From the IMG/VR virus record IMGVR_UViG_3300021961_000073, positions 5,076-69,075 of that record: a DNA stretch of 64,000 nucleotides; one strand, given 5' to 3'. Both the position numbers and the translations under genes were made by a program. Under the pieces are notes generated by a model that saw only the letters and a program-made list of their open reading frames with translations, made no database searches and was not told where the DNA came from. Within the stretch, counting starts at the first letter, position 1; each line of letters begins with the position of its first letter. The stretch is from a virus. Of this stretch, positions 9,169-17,932 are shown piece by piece.

Positions 9169-9179
9169 AAGAATAGCCC

Positions 9180-9362
9180 TTATTGATTTCGTTCTTGTGC
9201 TTCTCTTTGTTCTTTTAACTGATTAAGTAACATATCCAAATAAACTTCCCTCTCCCAGGGAATCATGCCATCTATGTCTTGTAGCGAATAATGAAAGTTT
9301 TGAATCAATTGGTAGTTCACCTTATAGAAGTTAACTAAGCTGTCGTGGGAGAGGGTAATTGA
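9180..9362 (-). CDS. gp51: gp51-like module, probably made as a -1 frameshift extension of gp26
   Basis: 60 codons SITLSHDSLVNFYKVNYQLIQNFHYSLQDIDGMIPWEREVYLDML...; no ATG before the conserved N-terminal part. Confidence 0.75.
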   Translation of the reverse strand, partial: SITLSHDSLVNFYKVNYQLIQNFHYSLQDIDGMIPWEREVYLDMLLNQLKEQREAQERNQ

Positions 9363-10066
9363 AAAAAATCTTGTAACCCCTCCAACACAAAGTTTTGTTC
9401 TTTACTGCACGCTTCACAATTAAAATGAACCTCGTGACTAAGCCTTGGCAGTTTCTGTGTAAATGCCACGATCTTGTCAAATTGGCTTGTAGTCAATTCA
9501 TTTAAAAACGTCTCTACGCTTTCTCGTGTCTCGTCCTTGAAAGAGATCCTTTCCTCTTCAGTCTCTAAATGATCTAAGCATTCATATATCAATCCGTATA
9601 AAGCATCGACTTCGGATTGATCGGTGTTCTTTGCTTCCTCAAGTAGTGCATTATATCTGGGATATCTAAGTTTCAGATTCACTGTATCAGTGAGCTGGAC
9701 TGAAGGCACTTTCTCGGGGAGATCAATTTTAACATCTTCTAGTGGTATACTAATCTCTGTGTACTCTTGACACTCATTGCAGGGCATACGAATTATAGAC
9801 GTTTCACCTGCTGACTTCATTCGGATACGAATAAACATATATTCGATATCGAAGGTTGCTAAAGTGTTTACATCGATAGGTTCTTGTACACATGCTGCAA
9901 TTGAATCCATAATTGCTCTTAGGATATGATCAATCTCGCCAGTTTCCAAAGCAATCAATAGAACTTTTTGTTCTTTTACTAGGAAAGGTCTATAGGATAC
10001 TTTCTGTCCAGTAGACGGGATAGTCATATAATAAATGGGTACATCATTAATCTTGGGTAAAGCCAT
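9335..10066 (-). CDS. gp26: Baseplate hub assembly protein gp26
   Basis: MALPKI..P.Y..TIPSTG.KV.YRPFLVKEQKVLL, FDIEY.F..IR.KS.GE, two CxxC motifs, LEGLQDFF. Confidence 0.88.
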   Translation of the reverse strand: MALPKINDVPIYYMTIPSTGQKVSYRPFLVKEQKVLLIALETGEIDHILRAIMDSIAACVQEPIDVNTLATFDIEYMFIRIRMKSAGETSIIRMPCNECQEYTEISIPLEDVKIDLPEKVPSVQLTDTVNLKLRYPRYNALLEEAKNTDQSEVDALYGLIYECLDHLETEEERISFKDETRESVETFLNELTTSQFDKIVAFTQKLPRLSHEVHFNCEACSKEQNFVLEGLQDFFQLPSPTTA

Positions 10067-10080
10067 CTCAAATCATTCCT

Positions 10081-10878
10081 TTATTCACCAATATTATTGC
10101 CAAAAATGTTTGTAATCTGATTACCACTAACTCCGCCGATCGATACTCCACCTGGATTATCTAAGACCTTAGCAGCAATCTTACCAGGTGCACCAAATTT
10201 ACTAAGTACACCACTTAACGGTCCACCGCCAGCACCTACACCACCGGATGTCCAATACTTATATGACAATTGAACATTTAATCTTAAGATGTCATCAGGA
10301 GCATCATTACCAAGTTCAACGAGGGTCATAGTAGTAGGAAATGCTTGTACTAGAGTACACGAATAAACTACTTTGTCTGCTGTTGCAAAACTTAAATCTA
10401 GCTCACCTTGTGCAAAATCGAAGGGACCGATTTTAGGTAGATTATTTTGTATATCTGCAGGTAATCTAGGTATACCTAATGGGGTCTTATAAATTGGTAA
10501 TCCTACGCCTTTTGCCATTTGTTGTATCTGAACATCCTTAGCATAGCTATTCAGATATCCGACCTCACCACGTTCTTGGTTAACACAAAGGCTTTGCCAT
10601 ACGTCAAAGTATTGCCTAACGCCATAGTCGTTTAACAGTAAAAAGGTGAGGTTCACATCATCGTATAAATTGTCTGTAGCAACCTTTTGTTTGATAATTC
10701 CATGTCTTCTTTCCTGGGTCATTATTTGCCGACCAGGAATATTTACGTTTGTGCAAAGGAGGTTTATCTCTGAAGACGTAGCACCAGGCATCGAAGGTAA
10801 TCTAACACTAAATACGTTGCCTCTAGCTATACCGTCTTTCTGAGAAATTATGGACTTTAACTGTTCAATGCTAGCCAT
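10081..10878 (-). CDS. gp54: Baseplate tail-tube initiator gp54-like (tube fold)
   Basis: GIARGNVFSV, C..VNIPGRQI, Y.DV.LTF, F..WQ, AFPT, L.V.LSY.YW. Confidence 0.65.
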   Translation of the reverse strand: MASIEQLKSIISQKDGIARGNVFSVRLPSMPGATSSEINLLCTNVNIPGRQIMTQERRHGIIKQKVATDNLYDDVNLTFLLLNDYGVRQYFDVWQSLCVNQERGEVGYLNSYAKDVQIQQMAKGVGLPIYKTPLGIPRLPADIQNNLPKIGPFDFAQGELDLSFATADKVVYSCTLVQAFPTTMTLVELGNDAPDDILRLNVQLSYKYWTSGGVGAGGGPLSGVLSKFGAPGKIAAKVLDNPGGVSIGGVSGNQITNIFGNNIGE

Positions 10879-11474
10879 TAAAACTTCCTTCTTGAATCTG
10901 CATATATTTTACTCTTACTTGCCTTTTCAAACTGTGCGGTCGGTAAGAATGTTGCAATTTCCCACTCTGGTGCTTCGACCTTAGCAAATCGTGATTGCAC
11001 GTGTTCAGTTAAATAGTGCTTAAAACACGGTTTGAAATACTTCATCTTACCAGCACTTTTAAGTATTTGGTAGGATAAGCGGAATCGAGTGGTATCATCA
11101 TATAGTCTATTGTTAATTACTTCAAGCAAGGCATCTAGAAACTTAGCTCTGAGAAGCGGAGGGAGATAATGCAGATTCAATCCGTAAAATCCTCCTTCAG
11201 CTTTTTCTACCATAATAACAAGAGGGAATCTATCATAATAAGGAAGCGTATCTTTATGCTTAGGATCGTAGTAGAACATGTACATATCACCAGGCATCGG
11301 CTGAGATACTTTTTTTATAGGATCTTCATTCATAAGCTCATTTCGATTAATCCTACTAACGCTTTTTCCTAATTGCGCAGATTTCTTTCTGAACCATTCA
11401 CGAGATTCGCGGGTTCTTAACGTTAATCCCTTTCGGAATGCTTCAATCTCTAGTTTGTAGAATAAATTGCTCAT
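10878..11474 (-). CDS. gp2: DNA end protector protein gp2
   Basis: MYMFYYDPKHKDTLPYYDRFPL, GLNLHYL, PCFKHYL, WEIATFLPTAQF. Confidence 0.92.
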   Translation of the reverse strand: MSNLFYKLEIEAFRKGLTLRTRESREWFRKKSAQLGKSVSRINRNELMNEDPIKKVSQPMPGDMYMFYYDPKHKDTLPYYDRFPLVIMVEKAEGGFYGLNLHYLPPLLRAKFLDALLEVINNRLYDDTTRFRLSYQILKSAGKMKYFKPCFKHYLTEHVQSRFAKVEAPEWEIATFLPTAQFEKASKSKIYADSRRKF

Positions 11475-11479
11475 GATGC

Positions 11480-11487
11480 TATTTATA
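11480..11487 (-). promoter_or_regulatory. Late promoter (TATAAATA)
   Basis: TATTTATA on + strand, just upstream of the gp2 ATG, overlapping the gp4 stop. Confidence 0.6.
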
Positions 11488-11971
11488 CTGTTTTTCTAGA
11501 TTTCTTGGAATAAGCCTTTAATGGTTTCGTAGATTTGGGCTTGATCCCCATCTTTTCTAAATGATGTTCTGTCCAGATCTGGAATCCCCAACCTCGATCA
11601 GCTGCAAAGTTTTGTGCCGCTGACCATTTATTCATATTCTTTATATAGGTCATACCTTCTTGTAGATATCGTCTTGTCTTTCTACCTTTGAACTCTGGCG
11701 GCTTGGTTTCTTTTTCTGGTTTTATTTCAATTAAAAAGGTTTTACCGTCCTCGAAAGTAATCTTTAAGTCCATAAAATATCGATGATATTTCTTATCGAC
11801 TTCATAGTAATAAGGTATTATAACCTCTTCACTCGACCAGCTTTTAACAGAGGAGTTTAAATCACACCATTTGAAGCAGTACTTTTCCCATTGGGATCTA
11901 TAAACTACGTTAGTGAAGTCCCCTTTGTACTTCTCTGGGTTTTTTACTTTATATTTGCCAGAATATGTCAT
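11483..11971 (-). CDS. gp4: Head completion nuclease gp4
   Basis: YSGKYKVKNPEKYKGD..NVVYRS.WE, WSSEE, HRYFMD, IEIKP, N..KW.AA. Confidence 0.93.
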   Translation of the reverse strand: MTYSGKYKVKNPEKYKGDFTNVVYRSQWEKYCFKWCDLNSSVKSWSSEEVIIPYYYEVDKKYHRYFMDLKITFEDGKTFLIEIKPEKETKPPEFKGRKTRRYLQEGMTYIKNMNKWSAAQNFAADRGWGFQIWTEHHLEKMGIKPKSTKPLKAYSKKSRKTV

Positions 11972-11980
11972 GAGTTTCCA

Positions 11981-12012
11981 TATAAATAATGCATGTAACC
12001 TGGATATTTATA
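11981..12012. promoter_or_regulatory. Face-to-face late promoters for the divergent gp4 and gp48 operons
   Basis: TATAAATA on + at 11981-11988 and on - at 12005-12012. Confidence 0.75.
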
Positions 12013-12023
12013 GGAACGATTTT

Positions 12024-13097
12024 ATGTCAATTGAATCATTCGCTGAACTTGGCCCCGGCGGAAGCTTAGTAGGAAGTTTAGCTTCTAAAAAGGCAAAGAG
12101 CGTAGCTTTGAGCTATCCTCTCTCCGGGGGAAATGAATATGCCGGTAAATTAGTATTTCATATCGTCGATGAAGAAGCAGAAAAACCTGCAGCAATAACA
12201 TTTCTCGACGCCAATCCAAGTTCATCGACAAAACAAGCACAAATTGATGATTTTGCAGCGCTTGGGACAGCGACGGCCGTTGATGATTTTGCAGCGCTAA
12301 ACACTAATGCAGCAGTAACTGCTAAGGCAAAATTAGCAAGTACTGAAACCTCACCTGCTTTAGTTAAAGCAACAGACGTTTCGAAAGAGCCTAAGTTAAT
12401 AGCTGGTAGAAAAGTTTCATTATATTTGCCACAAGCCTTACAAATACAGGATGCGGCTGCTTACGATACTAACTTCGAATTAGGAAGATTAGGCGGGGTG
12501 GCAGAAGCTGCTATGGGTGCACAAAACGCTAGTGTAGAAAATATATTCCGTGAGTTTGGCGGCAGCATAAGTGATATGGCGAAAGCTGTTATGAATGGTA
12601 ATGTAACTAGAGATCAAGCTAGATTAGCTGCTCAACAAATGAGTAGATTCATACCAGGTACAGGTATTCCGACTCTTGCATCTGGTGTTTTGGGATTCGC
12701 TAGTAATCCGAACGTAAGAGCATTATTTCGGACAGTACCATTAAGAAATTTCGCATTTACATTTTCTATGCTTCCTACGAGCCCTGAAGAAGCTGAAGAG
12801 ATTAACGCTATTATTAAATTCTTTAGGACAGAACTATATCCAGAATCACTTTCGACTGGCAACGTAGCAATAGGCTATAAATTCCCAAGTAGATTTGTTA
12901 TCAGGGCTCAATATAAAGATGCAAACATCCAAGGTATAAAATTTCTTCCTATGTATCTTCAAGCAATTAATACAGTTTATAACCCAAGTGGGATGGGCAT
13001 GCATTCTGATGGTAATTTTTCAGAATATACTCTTACTCTGTCCTTTACTGAAGCAAAGGCTCTTTCAAGACAAGATGTAGAGCTAGGAGGCTACTAA
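12024..13097 (+). CDS. gp48: Baseplate tail-tube cap gp48
   Basis: LSYP, VSLYLP, NP....LF..VPLRNFAFTFSM.P.S.EEA..I..IIKFFR, L.L.FTE; AGGA RBS supports ATG 12024. Confidence 0.8.
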   Translation: MSIESFAELGPGGSLVGSLASKKAKSVALSYPLSGGNEYAGKLVFHIVDEEAEKPAAITFLDANPSSSTKQAQIDDFAALGTATAVDDFAALNTNAAVTAKAKLASTETSPALVKATDVSKEPKLIAGRKVSLYLPQALQIQDAAAYDTNFELGRLGGVAEAAMGAQNASVENIFREFGGSISDMAKAVMNGNVTRDQARLAAQQMSRFIPGTGIPTLASGVLGFASNPNVRALFRTVPLRNFAFTFSMLPTSPEEAEEINAIIKFFRTELYPESLSTGNVAIGYKFPSRFVIRAQYKDANIQGIKFLPMYLQAINTVYNPSGMGMHSDGNFSEYTLTLSFTEAKALSRQDVELGGY

Positions 13098-13825
13098 TGG
13101 CTGGTTTCTTTTCATCATATCCAATTATAAATTATAGATTTGGCAATGAAATAACACCAACCTTATTTCAGAATCTATCCGTCTATCTAACTTTGGTCGA
13201 TGAGCTTAAAGATGTAGTAGAATCATATACTACAGTGTTCATCGAAGAAGGCGATAGACCAGACTCACTCTCATATAAGCTTTACGGGAACATTCGATAC
13301 TATTGGACCTTTTACTTTTTAAATGATGATATAAGAGAATCTGGCTGGCCGATCGGTATACAAGATCTATATGCTAGAGCTAAAATAGATTATCCACATT
13401 GGGTTGTAACCACACAAGATGATATTACAGATAAATTCGTAGAAGGCGATACGGTAACAGGTCTAACTTCTGGATCGGTTGGAACCGTAGTAAAAAGATA
13501 TTTAGATTTAGGTCAAATTATAATCGATGGACCAGATAATTATAATGTTGGCGAAACAATCAGAGCCAATACTGAAATTGAAAATATAGCTACCGTTAGT
13601 AGTAACGTTAAACAATATAATGCGGTTCACCATTATGAGGACACATCGGGTAATTGGATCGATATAAATCCATATGACCCAGACACAAATGGATTAATAC
13701 CTATTACATATCAGGATCGAATGATAGCTCGAAACGAAGAATTGAAAGAAATTAGAACTTTTAAACCAGCCGTAGTTTCTCAGATCCAAGCTGAATATGA
13801 AAAGGTTCTCAGAAGAGGCTTTTAA
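13097..13825 (+). CDS. gp53: Baseplate wedge subunit gp53
   Basis: FF..YP.INY, IEEGDRPDSLSYKLYG...YYW, WP, AVHHYE. Confidence 0.88.
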   Translation: MAGFFSSYPIINYRFGNEITPTLFQNLSVYLTLVDELKDVVESYTTVFIEEGDRPDSLSYKLYGNIRYYWTFYFLNDDIRESGWPIGIQDLYARAKIDYPHWVVTTQDDITDKFVEGDTVTGLTSGSVGTVVKRYLDLGQIIIDGPDNYNVGETIRANTEIENIATVSSNVKQYNAVHHYEDTSGNWIDINPYDPDTNGLIPITYQDRMIARNEELKEIRTFKPAVVSQIQAEYEKVLRRGF

Positions 13826-15171
13826 TGAGCACAGATTCGAAAACATATCAATCGGGTAACGATTATATATTAACTGCCGTGGTAGTTACCAATGAATATG
13901 GTGAAGCAATAAATGTAAGGAATAATGTACACAGTATCAGTATATACGAGAATCTTGAACGACCTTATCTAACGGGTGACATTATAATTAAAGACGACTT
14001 TGGATTTTATGACAAATTTAAAATCAACGGGACCGAAACAGTAGTTATAACCCTTACCAATCCTACACTAGAATTTACAGTTATTAAAACTTTTATATTA
14101 TCCGAGATACCTAGCTATGCTAAGACTGGCGACTATGCCGAAATACTTCATATAAAATTAATTGAGAAAATAGGGTTTGACAACCAACTGACTAAATTTA
14201 GCAGGTCCTATCAAGGTAATCCAGCAAAGATAATACAAAAGATTGTTCAAGATAATTTAGGCGGTGCTGCTGTTATTGTAGGAGGAATACCTCCAGTTCA
14301 AAGTAATTCAACTAAATTTGTTGTTCCATATTCTACGGCATTTGAAGCATGTGAGATGATAAAAAATAGAGCATGTACACAATACGGTCTTCCTTTCTTT
14401 TTTTATAGAACTTTAGTTGATGATGATTTTCAATTTAAATCCGTTGAAGAGATGATATTAACTCCGCCCTGGAATCAAGGTCTACCATTTAGATATTCTG
14501 AAGCTTTTACTAATTCAGATATACATCACCATTCCCAACTTAATGCATTCATTGTCCAAGGCTTTAGTGCTTTACATAAAGAAAATGCTCTTAAATTGGT
14601 TGAAGCAGCTGCAGTAGGATCTAGCTATCAAATTATAGACGTAACTTCTGGAAGAAGAGAAACTTTCCAATATAATGTAGAAACAGTATTTAATGATTTA
14701 TATGAAGGTAAAATTTTATCACTTGAAGAAAATCCTGTTATGACTACTGACTATCATAGAGGCGATCTACAATTTATAGGTCAACTTCCTTCGAAAGTGG
14801 TTTCGAGGGTAGTAATGAATAATACACACGGGACAGACTTTAAAAATTGGGTAGAAGAGGATCAAATATCTGCCTACCGATTAGATGCTGCTAGGCTTTC
14901 TCTTAGTGCTATGCTTAAGAAAAATTCTATTAATATATCTGTTCCAGGATCAATGTTTTTATATGAAAAGAATAGATCTATAGGTGCACAGATTGATTTC
15001 TTCTATCATACTACTGATACACAACTCCTCGATGCAGGTGAAGTAAGTGAAGATGATATAAGAGATAAGAAAAGGTCTGGTAAATATGTCGTGTATGCAG
15101 CCCGGCATTCTTTCACTTTAACCTCACATGATGTTGAATTATCTGCAGTAAAATTAGGAAACTTGACATGA
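13825..15171 (+). CDS. Baseplate hub protein (gp27-like)
   Basis: ISIYENL..PYLTG.I.I.D, FFFY.T...F.FKS, SGKYVV....H.F; lies between gp53 and gp5. Confidence 0.65.
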   Translation: MSTDSKTYQSGNDYILTAVVVTNEYGEAINVRNNVHSISIYENLERPYLTGDIIIKDDFGFYDKFKINGTETVVITLTNPTLEFTVIKTFILSEIPSYAKTGDYAEILHIKLIEKIGFDNQLTKFSRSYQGNPAKIIQKIVQDNLGGAAVIVGGIPPVQSNSTKFVVPYSTAFEACEMIKNRACTQYGLPFFFYRTLVDDDFQFKSVEEMILTPPWNQGLPFRYSEAFTNSDIHHHSQLNAFIVQGFSALHKENALKLVEAAAVGSSYQIIDVTSGRRETFQYNVETVFNDLYEGKILSLEENPVMTTDYHRGDLQFIGQLPSKVVSRVVMNNTHGTDFKNWVEEDQISAYRLDAARLSLSAMLKKNSINISVPGSMFLYEKNRSIGAQIDFFYHTTDTQLLDAGEVSEDDIRDKKRSGKYVVYAARHSFTLTSHDVELSAVKLGNLT

Positions 15172-16139
15172 AGCCTATAAAAAAAGAATTCTATGGTGAT
15201 AGCTTTAGATGGTTTATTGGGGTAGTTGAGGAACGCTCATCCGATCAACCCCGATTAGGTAGGGTCAAAGTTAGGATATATGGTGTACACGGTAATAGAG
15301 AAGAGATCCCAGTAGCTGATCTACCTTATGCTCAAGTATTAGTACCAACTACTGAACCAGGGGTTTCAGGACTAGGTAGAAATCCTATGCTCACTGAAGG
15401 TGCTACAGTGTTCGGTATATTCTTAGACGGAGAGACTTCTCAGCTTCCGTTAGTTTTAGGATCTCTCCCTGTTATCGAAGTACCTTCTATAGATCAATTG
15501 AATATGGAATCAAATGATGAAGCATTAAACAATACCCTAAAGAAGATACACGGAACTATTATCGGCGGAACTGTTGGTGCTGGCACAGGTGGTACTGCAG
15601 GGATGAGGAGCGCATTAGCCAATGGGTTAGATGGCTTTGAATATGACGTAGATGCAAATGCCGGAAACAATATACAAGTTGCATGGGAATGGTTAACACT
15701 CAGTGGTAAGTTCTCATTCCCAGTTATAGCTGGTCTTTTAGGAAACTTCTTAGTAGAAAATGGATCAGGTAATCCAATTGATTTGAATCCATTTTTCGGA
15801 AGTTCTAAATCAGGTATCGCAGGTTGGGACTCTAAAGGTGTTCGAAAACAGCTACTAGAAAGTTATGCTGCAGAAAGAAAACAAGATCCACGGAGTCTTT
15901 ATGTTCAATTAGAATTTGTCTTATGGGAACTAGCTACATCACCTGAATATAAGAGCGCTGAGTTAAAAACTATGAAGACCCCAGCTGAAGCAGCTTTACA
16001 TGTCCAAAGAAATTATTTGAACGTTCCCTTCGGCGGTGGTATATCATCAGTAGACGGCCAAAAATCCAGACAACAAGAAGGTGAAAGAGTAGCTTATGCT
16101 AGAATGATTTATGATCAATTTACTAGGAAAACAGGCTAA
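15168..16139 (+). CDS. gp5: gp5 N-terminal OB-fold fused to a phage-tail lysozyme domain
   Basis: WFIGVVE...D..RLGRVKVRIYGVH, VFGIFLDG...Q.P.VLGS; C-terminal IAGLLGNF..E, GIAGW...R, QLEFVLWEL. Confidence 0.8.
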   Translation: MKPIKKEFYGDSFRWFIGVVEERSSDQPRLGRVKVRIYGVHGNREEIPVADLPYAQVLVPTTEPGVSGLGRNPMLTEGATVFGIFLDGETSQLPLVLGSLPVIEVPSIDQLNMESNDEALNNTLKKIHGTIIGGTVGAGTGGTAGMRSALANGLDGFEYDVDANAGNNIQVAWEWLTLSGKFSFPVIAGLLGNFLVENGSGNPIDLNPFFGSSKSGIAGWDSKGVRKQLLESYAAERKQDPRSLYVQLEFVLWELATSPEYKSAELKTMKTPAEAALHVQRNYLNVPFGGGISSVDGQKSRQQEGERVAYARMIYDQFTRKTG

Positions 16140-17932
16140 TGGCAATAAGTATAGGGGATCTAAATAAAGCACTAGGCCAATTAAGAAGCCAAGTAAACAC
16201 CTTTGAAGCTACTGCTAAATTTCAAGATGCCTCTGAAGGTATTGAAAAAGCTTATAATAACCCATTCAGTAAATTATCACAAGACCATGGAACAGTAGTT
16301 GACGGTGTAAAAGCTTTAGGACAAAATACTGATAATCTTGCTGATGAAGAAGAAGCTAAACTTAAACCAATGGTCACTAAACTTGATCCAACTATCTCGG
16401 AAAAATTTCCTGAATTAAAAGGAAGTATCGGAGATGCTAGTGCTATGGACAAAATGTTTAAAAGTTATTTGGTTAATGCACAAGCTCTATACACAGCAGC
16501 AAAGCCAGCAGTAACAACTGAAGCCAGGATGTTAGATGAAATAGTACAAGATGGTTCTTTACAATCTACTGTAGTGACTATATCAGATCGAACTGGCAAA
16601 AGCTTAGAAGATACTACAAAAGAATTAGATAAATTTAAACCTGAAAATTTAACTAGTGATTATAATACATTAGTCAAGAAGGTTAAATCCGAAGAATTTC
16701 AGAAAGAGTTCTCCGCGGCCAATAATAAGTTATCTGGTCTTATGGATAGATTTACTGGTGGATTTGGTTCTGGTGGTGGTCTTATGAAAAACTTAACTGA
16801 GAAACTTACTAGTAATATAAGCAGCGCTACTAAAAGCTTAGATCTACCAAATGTAAACAGCAGAGGGATAACGAGTCAGGTTCTATCGGGAGACGCAGCA
16901 GGAGCTAGAAATATTCTATCTTCTAAGGTGACAATCCCATCTAGCCTTTCATCTTTTGCTAGTTCTTTCCCAGGGGCAACCGCAGGATTAGACGGTACAA
17001 CTACTTTTGGAAATAGTAAGCAGTTATCTAGCTTTTTAACTGGAACTAAAAATAAAATAAGTGATCCAGGTTTACAAACCCAACTTGGACAAGCTACTTC
17101 TAAAGCTGATAGTATTTTTACTAAAATTACCGATCGTCTAGGATCTGTAGGTGGGGCAGTTACTCCAGCACCAGAAACGCCAACTAATAATAATCCCGTA
17201 GTTAATTATACTACTAAAAAAGTCAAGCCTTATCAATTAATGAATTCTACTGAAGAAATAGTTAAATATCTTCAAGCCGCAAACCGAGAGCTTAGTACAC
17301 TCACGGTTGGTTGGACTCAATTACCATTAGATAACTCAAATTGGACTGCTTGGAATTATGCAAATGCTGTGACCCAGGCGGTTGGAGCAAATGCTACACC
17401 TGATGATCCTAACTATAGACCATTTCAGGGAGATGTGCTATATGGCACAAGTCATTTCTTTATAAGAAAAGACGGAACCTTAGAAACTGCACGACCAATA
17501 GATCTGCTAAGAGGATATAGCACATATAGACCTGACGGCGTAGACGTTTTCGGTCCATATAACGTGTTTGTAATCTTTAATGCTGGTTATAATTGTTATA
17601 GAAAGAAATTTAAAGGCGGTAAAATTCCTCAATCGGAGTTAACTGCTCAAAGTATTACTGCAGAGCAATGGAAAACATTTAATATGCTATTAGATGCTTG
17701 GTATACTTTCTTCCCAGCTGGTGATGCTTTCGGACAATTAGATTTATATAAAGAATTCAAATCACCATCACCTGGGTTTGACGTACCTTCTTATGTTGGT
17801 AAAGCCCCGTGGAATAAAGCTAATACTGGAGAGCCTAAGGTTCTAAACAGGCTTTTAAGCCCAGACGAAATTGCAATACAGAATAAAGAACAGATGCTAG
17901 TAAAACTTAGAGAAATTAGGGACTATATGTAA
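16139..17932 (+). CDS. Hub-associated protein with C-terminal Amidase_2/PGRP-like domain (probably inactive)
   Basis: SHFFIRKDGTLETARPID, ITAEQWKTFNMLL, PGFDV; the His/Cys zinc-ligand positions appear substituted. Confidence 0.55.
   Translation: MAISIGDLNKALGQLRSQVNTFEATAKFQDASEGIEKAYNNPFSKLSQDHGTVVDGVKALGQNTDNLADEEEAKLKPMVTKLDPTISEKFPELKGSIGDASAMDKMFKSYLVNAQALYTAAKPAVTTEARMLDEIVQDGSLQSTVVTISDRTGKSLEDTTKELDKFKPENLTSDYNTLVKKVKSEEFQKEFSAANNKLSGLMDRFTGGFGSGGGLMKNLTEKLTSNISSATKSLDLPNVNSRGITSQVLSGDAAGARNILSSKVTIPSSLSSFASSFPGATAGLDGTTTFGNSKQLSSFLTGTKNKISDPGLQTQLGQATSKADSIFTKITDRLGSVGGAVTPAPETPTNNNPVVNYTTKKVKPYQLMNSTEEIVKYLQAANRELSTLTVGWTQLPLDNSNWTAWNYANAVTQAVGANATPDDPNYRPFQGDVLYGTSHFFIRKDGTLETARPIDLLRGYSTYRPDGVDVFGPYNVFVIFNAGYNCYRKKFKGGKIPQSELTAQSITAEQWKTFNMLLDAWYTFFPAGDAFGQLDLYKEFKSPSPGFDVPSYVGKAPWNKANTGEPKVLNRLLSPDEIAIQNKEQMLVKLREIRDYM

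Noticed and set aside
11913-12023. ORF-track N-terminal extension of gp48
   Set aside because: It overlaps gp4 on the opposite strand and lies upstream of the late promoter; ATG 12024 has an RBS.
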